Source: Octopus vulgaris
Taxonomy: Eukaryota
NCBI GenBank assembly: GCA_951406725.2
Contig: OX597836.1
Location: forward strand, 49,104,001-49,168,000
Length of the DNA stretch: 64,000 bases
Direction: 5' to 3'
How positions within the stretch are numbered: the stretch's first letter is position 1; each line of letters starts with the position of its first letter. The translations under genes were made by a program, and so were the position numbers. This document shows, piece after piece, positions 56,634 through 64,000 of the stretch. The notes under the pieces are model-generated. The model saw nothing but the letters and a program-made list of their open reading frames with translations, made no database searches and was not told where the DNA came from.

Positions 56634-57749
56634 AGCCAAACACTCTGAAATGAATACGCTCAATGCGCGACAATTTTACCATTCAAATTTCAGCTCTTAT
56701 TGTTTGTTGATCACATTAAACTCCCACCGTTGCATGATCACACGCAGAAGTGAGAGTCTGAGGGGGGGGGGTTTACAACATGATATAAAGATCACATGAA
56801 TAAAGAGAAAAAAGGGCCTTCAACTTGGTGTTCCTTCCTGCATCATATATTTCAGCATTCGATAATAATTGATGTCACACTTCAAATCCAATCCACGTCA
56901 TAAGTGCAGCATTCAAAAATCAAAAACACAGGAGACAAACACGACCTTGTTGCTTCATTTAAATACTTGAGAAATACAAGGCCAGAAGTAGCGAGAGGAG
57001 GAGTGTGAGTAGGAGGGTGGAATGGGATCCAGCCCCCCCCCAACCCACGACCGCAAAAAGAAACTGGTATCGATAAGGAATCGGAGTCGGTCACCAAGCG
57101 GAATGCGGGGCCATAGGTCGCATGATATGACCCAAGGAGAGAAAAGACAAAGAGCGAATAGATATTACCTCCAAATGGCCGACAGTAGAGTTTATAAACC
57201 CCCACACAGCAAAGGGTTTGTGGCGCTCCTCTCGTACGTGTAGTTCGCTATACACCTACCTACATACATACACAAACGTTCTGCAATGCCCAGGCTGGAA
57301 TTTCAAGTTAAGAACAGCTTGCACAGCATTGCAAAGACTCTCATCTCCAGAGCCAAGGAATCCAGAAACAAACAAAAGCAAAATCTTCGGTTTTGTAATA
57401 TGGTGGTTGTATCTTCTCCTAGGGAGATGTCTATACAAAGATTAGGGGGTCTATCATTCCCTGCTGCTGGATGGCCGTGGACGCTAGAGTTCATCCATCC
57501 TTTGACAGGTTTTGGTTTTCGTCCTTCGGGGTGTCCCACGAAAACCACCCCTCTTGATAAAAAGGGTGGATTTACCGGTTTAGTCGCCAACAGCCCAGCA
57601 ACCGGTTGTACTGAGTTATATGTTACTAGTAGTGTTAGACCCACCTCACATATGCATACATACAAACACACACACACATACATAGAATATAGACAAGCTT
57701 ACATACATGCATAAATACACTCGCCTACATAGATCCACATACATACATA

Positions 57750-57985
57750 GGAACACTCCGTCGGTTGCGACGAGGAGGATCCGAGCTGAATCGATCAACG
57801 GAAAAGCCTGCTTGTGAAATCAACATACGAGCGGTTGAGCACTCCACAGACACGTGTACCCTTAACGTAGTTCTCAGGGAGATTCAGCGTGACACAGGGT
57901 GTGACAAGGCTGGCCCCTTTGAAATACACGTACGACACATTTTTGCCATTTGAGTAGACTGGAGCCACGTGAAATAAAGGGTCCT
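57750..57985 (-). mobile_element. SINE 3' part: family C core joined to the alternative tail
   Basis: Shares its tail with 34580-34683 and its core with 6150-6190. Confidence 0.65.
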
Positions 57986-58698
57986 TCTACGACTCCCATG
58001 TGAATAGATGCACAAACTTTGGTGTAAGCATCGACAGTTCAACCAAATATTTACAAACACAGGGAACTCTTTTTACTCAAATACATTTCGTTGCTTTGTT
58101 AGTGGACAGCTAGAGCTCTCTCAAGAACTTAAATTCACACACACACACACACATACTTCCAAAAAAAAACCCTGTTGTTGATGTTGAAATTCCAATGAAG
58201 GAGGAACCTTGGATCTAGGTTAGAAACCGGCTCTTTCTCTATTGGCAAGAAATCTGGAAATAAAACTGAACAATCACATGCCATACACTTAAACACGCGA
58301 GAAAATGTTTACCGAGTACAGAATGCTTAAGGCGTGGGTTGGTCCTGTTCTGTTCTGACACAACACCGCTGGTGGAATAAACGGTGTTGTCCGAAAATGA
58401 CCACCCAGTTATCGTTGACCCTGGGTAGATATGACAACTTTAATTACACCTTGAAAGAAGGTCTCCGTTGCTCGATTGAATTTCGTGGACGTTGGTGCTC
58501 CAGCACGGCCGGGGTCTAATGGCTGAAACACCGGTGGAAGAATACAGAAACATTTAAACTTTGTGAATATGTTTGTTTTTATGTACGAGTGCGAGTGCGC
58601 GTGCGATGTGTGACGGGGGTGGCGGAATCGGTGTGTAGAAATGTGTGTCTACGTGTGTATAGGTTTAGGACTTCGTCCCTTTTGCTTGTTTCGGACTC

Positions 58699-58741
<43 letters not shown>

Positions 58742-59029
58742 TGTGAATGGTGGTGGCGTGTGGTGTTGGTGGTGGTGTTGGTGGTTTCTGGGGTGTGGTG
58801 TTGGTGTTGGCAAAAAATAGCGAGTGGTGTGTGTCTTACATTAATGAGAAATGGCAGTGGTGTTGGTGGTGGTGGTGTGTCTGTGTGTGTGTGGGTAAAA
58901 TGCGATGGAGGATCAGTTTTGGCAGAATGATGGCTTTTGTGGTGGTGGTGTTGGTGCTGGTGGTGATAATCAGGTGGTACTGCTAAATAGATGGACGTGC
59001 TGTTGTTGTTTATAGTAGCAGTAGCAGTC

Positions 59030-59080
<51 letters not shown>

Positions 59081-59183
59081 TTAATGGTGGTGGTCGTGGT
59101 AGTATTTGTGGTGATAATCGTGATGATAGTGTTGGATGTTGTTGTTGTTGTTGTTGTTGCTGCTGCTGTTGCTGTTGTTGTTG

Positions 59184-59215
<32 letters not shown>

Positions 59216-59594
59216 GAAAGTGACGGTTGAAGTAGATGTATTTGTTTGTAACGCCACCGAACAAGTCTACCTTTCTGTCTCTCCCTCTCTCGTCTCTCTT
59301 TCGCCATTTCCTCCCTCTTTCCCTCTTTCCCTCTTTCTCTCTGCCTTTCGCCGCCCGTTTTTCTTAGTTTCGACACGTAATCAGCGTAACTTGAATTCGG
59401 ACACGTAAGACGGAATAACTTGACTTTAGCCACGTAATCTTCTGCACAAACTTCATGATTGCGCCCTTCCAGGCGAGGTGCCATGGTGTCAGGGAGGGGC
59501 GCAGCCGGCTGAGACACACGGAACGCAAGAAATATCACGAGACAAAATTATCCCCTCTCTCTCTCTTTCTGTCTTTCTTTCTGGCTCTACGTAT

Positions 59595-59689
<95 letters not shown>

Positions 59690-59969
59690 CAATAATTAAA
59701 ACGATAGAGAATATGGAAACTGGATACATCCTCAAAACTTATTTCCTTTTATTTCACAATGTCATTCAGCATATTTTCATGATTACGACGACCTACACGG
59801 GTTTCCATTGCGCAGAGTGTGAGCATTAGCATATACAAATAGGTATACTTTTCTGTGCAGCTTCGTTCAGGGTCTTTAGGGTCGATACACACACACATAC
59901 ACATATAGTTGAAATTTACAGAAAAACAAAAGATGAAGAGAGGAGTATAAACAACAAGCAGGTGTATTA

Positions 59970-60013
<44 letters not shown>

Positions 60014-60159
60014 TTGTGTATACATTAAATGTACGAAATAAATACAATGTTGAAACATATGTTGGGAAATTGTATTATAAACTACATTTTGTGTTTATCA
60101 TACTTTTCCAAATGCGTATGTGTTTGTGTGTGCGTATGTATGTATGCATCCGATGGCCG

Positions 60160-60220
60160 GATAACTGAAGAGATGGCGGTGTAGATTTCCACCTCGGCAT
60201 CCGAAACTCGGAGTTTTATC
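60160..60220 (+). ncRNA. Type I hammerhead ribozyme motif
   Basis: GAUAA-CUGAAGA-GAUG..GGUG/UAGAUUUC/CACC..CAUC-C-GAAA-CUC-G-GAG-UU-UUAUC: perfect 5-bp helix I, extended helix II, near-palindromic helix III; element ends in (TA)n about 40 nt later. Confidence 0.7.
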
Positions 60221-60255
60221 ATGGCTACCGAATAATTGTCACATATTACATTTAC

Positions 60256-60360
<105 letters not shown>

Positions 60361-60656
60361 CTTACATACATACATACATACATACACACATACATACATA
60401 CATACATACATACATACATACATACATACATACATACATACATACATACATACATACATGCATATATACATACTTAATTCCTACAGCAGAGTTTTTACAG
60501 CCGGATGCCCTGCCCTCTCTTAACATGCAAGATAGTATTTTCCCATGGTTGGATGTGTTTTTCGTGAAATATTGAAAACGGAGAAAGTTTTTGTGATTGT
60601 GACGCTCGTTTACAACTATTACACGAGGCACATTCATATGTGCGTGCGTGGGTACA

Positions 60657-60696
<40 letters not shown>

Positions 60697-60762
60697 ATTG
60701 TTTACAGAGAGAATATATTTTCTCTCTGTAAGTACGTCATGCTTAGCTTCAAATAATCATAT

Positions 60763-60807
60763 CTGAAACTGATGAGGAAAATCACACCGAAACATTGCGT
60801 CTTGTAG
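60763..60807 (+). ncRNA. Type I hammerhead ribozyme motif, slightly decayed
   Basis: CUGAAA-CUGAUGA-GG/AAAAUCACA/CC-GAAAC-AUUGC-GUC-UUGUAG: canonical core and GUC site, weak helices. Confidence 0.55.
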
Positions 60808-60875
60808 TCTGCTGACAAATAAATGTACAAAACTTTATTATGATTATCTCTGCTTCACATGCGAATATTATATAT

Positions 60876-60925
<50 letters not shown>

Positions 60926-61458
60926 GTGTGTGTGTGTGAGTGTATGTGTGTGTGTGTGTATGTGTGTGTGATAAAATACACCAAGCCACAAAAGCTATGT
61001 CCTTCAGCAATACACTACTACTATGTCGGAATTGAAAATGCCTGATGGTATTTACTCCTATCCTTTTATCCCCTGAATTAAAATCTTGTCGAATGAGCTT
61101 TGCTAATCATTCCGGGATCGATTAAATAAAGTACCAGAGAAGTACCGGCCCGCACTCTTCCTAACAGCTCCTCTTATGATTGGCCAGATTGTTTGTATAT
61201 TTGACTTCTGCCCCCACCCAAGAAACCACCCGTTTTTTAAAATCTTTTTTTTTTTTTCTTTTCGACACAAACCCACCTTTTCGGATACTACGGGGAAAAC
61301 GAATCTGCAAAAAAATTGGCAAAAATCGGCATTTTTAAATTACCTACACCCAGATTTTTTTTTAAATATGCGGGGAAATACGGAGATTATGATTCTGATA
61401 AAAATTTCCTAAAATTTTTCTAAAGTTAAAAAAAAAAATTTTTTTTTTTCTAAATATA

Positions 61459-61860
61459 GGCGCAGGAGTGGCTGTGTGGTAAGTAGCTTGCTAACCAACC
61501 ACATGGTTGCGGGTTCAGTCCCACTGCGTGGCATCTTGGGCAAGTGTCTTCTGCTATAGCCCCGGGCCGACCAATGCCTTGTGAGTGGATTTGGTAGACG
61601 GAAACTGAAAGAAGCCTGTCGTATATATGTATATATATATATATATGTGTGTGTGTGTTTGTGTGTCTGTGTTTGTCCCCCTAGCATTGCTTGACAACCG
61701 ATGCTGGTGTGTCTACGTCCCCGCCACTTAGCGGTTCGGCAAAAGGGACCGATAGAATAAATACTGGGCTTACAAAGAATAAGTTCCGGGGTCGATTTGA
61801 TCGACTAAAGGCGGTGCTCCAGCATGGCCGCAGTCAAATGACTGAAACAAGTAAAAGAGA
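61459..61860 (+). mobile_element. tRNA-derived SINE family A, full-length reference copy with internal (TA)n(TG)n
   Basis: A-box TGGCTGTGTGG, B-box-like GGTTCAGTCCC, CTTGGGCAAGTG segment, tail GAAACAAGTAAAAGAG; candidate TSD AAATAT at 61452-61457 and 61861-61866. Confidence 0.9.
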
Positions 61861-62123
61861 AAATATGCAGAAAAATACGGACAAAAATTTCAAAACATTT
61901 CTGTAGTTACGGTTAGGGTTAGGGTTTTGGGGAAATTTCAGGGGAATTTGGTTCTTATTTCTAGCAACGCGTGTGACCAGATAGAGAACCTCCTTGTTCT
62001 GACGACGGGTATATAGCTGTATATGCAATCGAGCACACACGCACACACCACACGAACACACTTTCAAACATGAATATATGTGTATATATATAACAAGCAT
62101 AGTTATATGTAAGTGCATGTGAG

Positions 62124-62183
<60 letters not shown>

Positions 62184-62427
62184 AGAGAGGGATTTCTCTC
62201 TCTCTCTCTCTCTGTTTGCGTGCGCGTACTATGCTATGCTGTGCGATCCGTTCGGGTGGTCGATATGGGTGGATGTAAAATGAACGGAACGAACGCAGAA
62301 TTCGAACCTCAAATGTTTTGACGCTGAAGCTGCGTGAAAAGAAGAAAAGAAAACTTCTTTCGGAATTATTTGACAGAACAAAATATTAGAAAAATACAAA
62401 CGTGACCACACACAGGAACAATGTGTG

Positions 62428-62462
<35 letters not shown>

Positions 62463-62569
62463 ATAAATATACACGCATGCACACACATATATACATATGT
62501 ATATGTGAGTGTGTGTGTGTGTGTGTGTGTATATAAATATACACGCATGCACACACATATATACATATG

Positions 62570-62600
<31 letters not shown>

Positions 62601-62634
62601 ATATAAATATACACGCATGCACACACATATATAC

Positions 62635-62683
<49 letters not shown>

Positions 62684-62721
62684 CATATATATATGTATAT
62701 ATATACATGTATATATATATT

Positions 62722-62761
<40 letters not shown>

Positions 62762-62770
62762 TATGTATAT

Positions 62771-62889
<119 letters not shown>

Positions 62890-62971
62890 GGTCCCGGGTT
62901 GAGTCGGGGTTAACCACAGTAAATAAGGTACTCAATACATAGCAGAGTAAATTAATTTATTTTATAGAAGG

Positions 62972-63022
62972 AGCTTCTACAGGACTAGAACTGTTTCATT
63001 CCAATGAAATCATCAGGAAGCT
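62972..63022 (-). ncRNA. Type I hammerhead ribozyme (minus arm)
   Basis: Mirror image of 63019-63069 on the minus strand. Confidence 0.75.
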
Positions 63023-63069
63023 TCCTGATGATTTCATTGGAATGAAACAGTTCTATTCCTGTAGAAGCT
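63019..63069 (+). ncRNA. Type I hammerhead ribozyme (plus arm)
   Basis: AGCUUC-CUGAUGA-U-UUC/AUUG/GAA-U-GAAA-CAG/UUCUAUUC/CUG-UA-GAAGCU: 6-bp helix I, 3-bp helix III; cleavage predicted after A63063. Confidence 0.75.
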
Positions 63070-63080
63070 CCTTCTATAAA

Positions 63081-63151
<71 letters not shown>

Positions 63152-63277
63152 CATGTATGTATGCATGTATGTATGCATGTATAGCAGAAACGAGGAATTC
63201 CTGACGTAAATCCAGCGGCGATTTTGCAATTGCGGTGGATGACACCAGATAGCCATCGGCAGTGAACGTGCTTTGAG

Positions 63278-63322
<45 letters not shown>

Positions 63323-63325
63323 TTA

Positions 63326-63356
<31 letters not shown>

Positions 63357-63939
63357 TTATAGAACACGCACACACACACACATTTACGTATGTTTGCGAG
63401 GAGCTTCTTTCAGTTTCCATCTACAAAATCCTTTCTGGAGACTGTAGTCGGCCCACGGCTATTGCGGGAGATCCTTGCCCAATGTGCCACACAGTCACGC
63501 CCGCACCCACAATGCCGCAGCTCTCCTGCCTTCTCAACAAAACGGAATTTCCCCTGAATATTGTTATATAAACTGCGATGTTCTGCCTCTTAATGAGCGT
63601 CTTAAAATAGCATTTATTTAATTATTCTTTTATTTGTGGCAGTTAAATAAATTCCGACGTAGATTTGGATTCCCCCCCCCCCTTTTCTTGTGGTTCCCCA
63701 CCCGACCCCTATGCACACACCATCCTCATCGCCATCACCGCCACCATTCCCACCATCGCTCGCGGCGGCGCCGCCGTTGCTCCCACCGTCACACTGAACC
63801 AATCCAAACTCGAGATAAATTTTTTTTTTCCATTGAAAATATTCAATAAATAATTAAAAATTAATTACAACTATGAGGTTTATAGTAACAATCTCCGAAT
63901 AATTATGTTATTAGAGGAAAGACATAACTCGATCTACAC

Positions 63940-63970
<31 letters not shown>

Positions 63971-64000
63971 TTGACAGTGATCGTAAGACTATCAGATCTC

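Larger units (their letters stand above)
62955..63086. repeat. 132-bp palindrome (66-bp arms, 1 mismatch, no spacer)
   Basis: Axis AAG|CTT at 63020/63021; arms are reverse complements apart from one position in the helix III loop. Confidence 0.95.

Noticed and set aside
57560-57610. ACCGGTT...CTAAACCGGT hairpin in an RTE-5'UTR-like segment, reminiscent of an HDV-like ribozyme 3' end
   Set aside because: P1, P3 and P1.1 elements could not be identified
58579-59538. Longest ORF (319 aa, Thr/His-rich)
   Set aside because: Composed of (ACT)n/(CAA)n/(CA)n tracts; no recognisable domain
61911-61926. GGTTAGGGTTAGGGTT telomere-like repeat
   Set aside because: Only about 2.5 units, inside a repeat fragment; not a telomere

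Overview
Eukaryotic, repeat-saturated non-coding DNA, either intergenic or inside a large intron. It is most likely from an octopus genome; this is inferred from the extreme density of (TA)n/(CA)n/(TACA)n/(AAT)n/(CT)n microsatellites and from tRNA-derived SINE families resembling those described for Octopus. I could not support any intact host protein-coding gene: almost all ORFs in the track are translated microsatellites. Recognisable protein remnants all belong to mobile elements: two R4/Dong-type RLE fragments embedded in TAA arrays, an RTE-clade RT fragment, an L1/Tx1-type ORF2 3' end, a DD37D/maT-like transposase fragment and possibly a decayed CR1-group LINE. At least four tRNA-derived SINE families, a TAA-associated non-coding element (3 copies) and a hAT-type MITE are present. 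The most notable signal is a dispersed set of about 10-14 type-I hammerhead ribozyme (HHR) motifs from several unrelated sequence families, many on short elements ending in (TA)n, as expected for Penelope-like-element pseudo-LTR or retrozyme relics. Three of them sit in head-to-head fold-backs whose axis lies 5' of the ribozyme, including a near-perfect 132-bp palindrome (62955-63086) that encodes a hammerhead on each strand. All structures were folded by eye; no searches were run.
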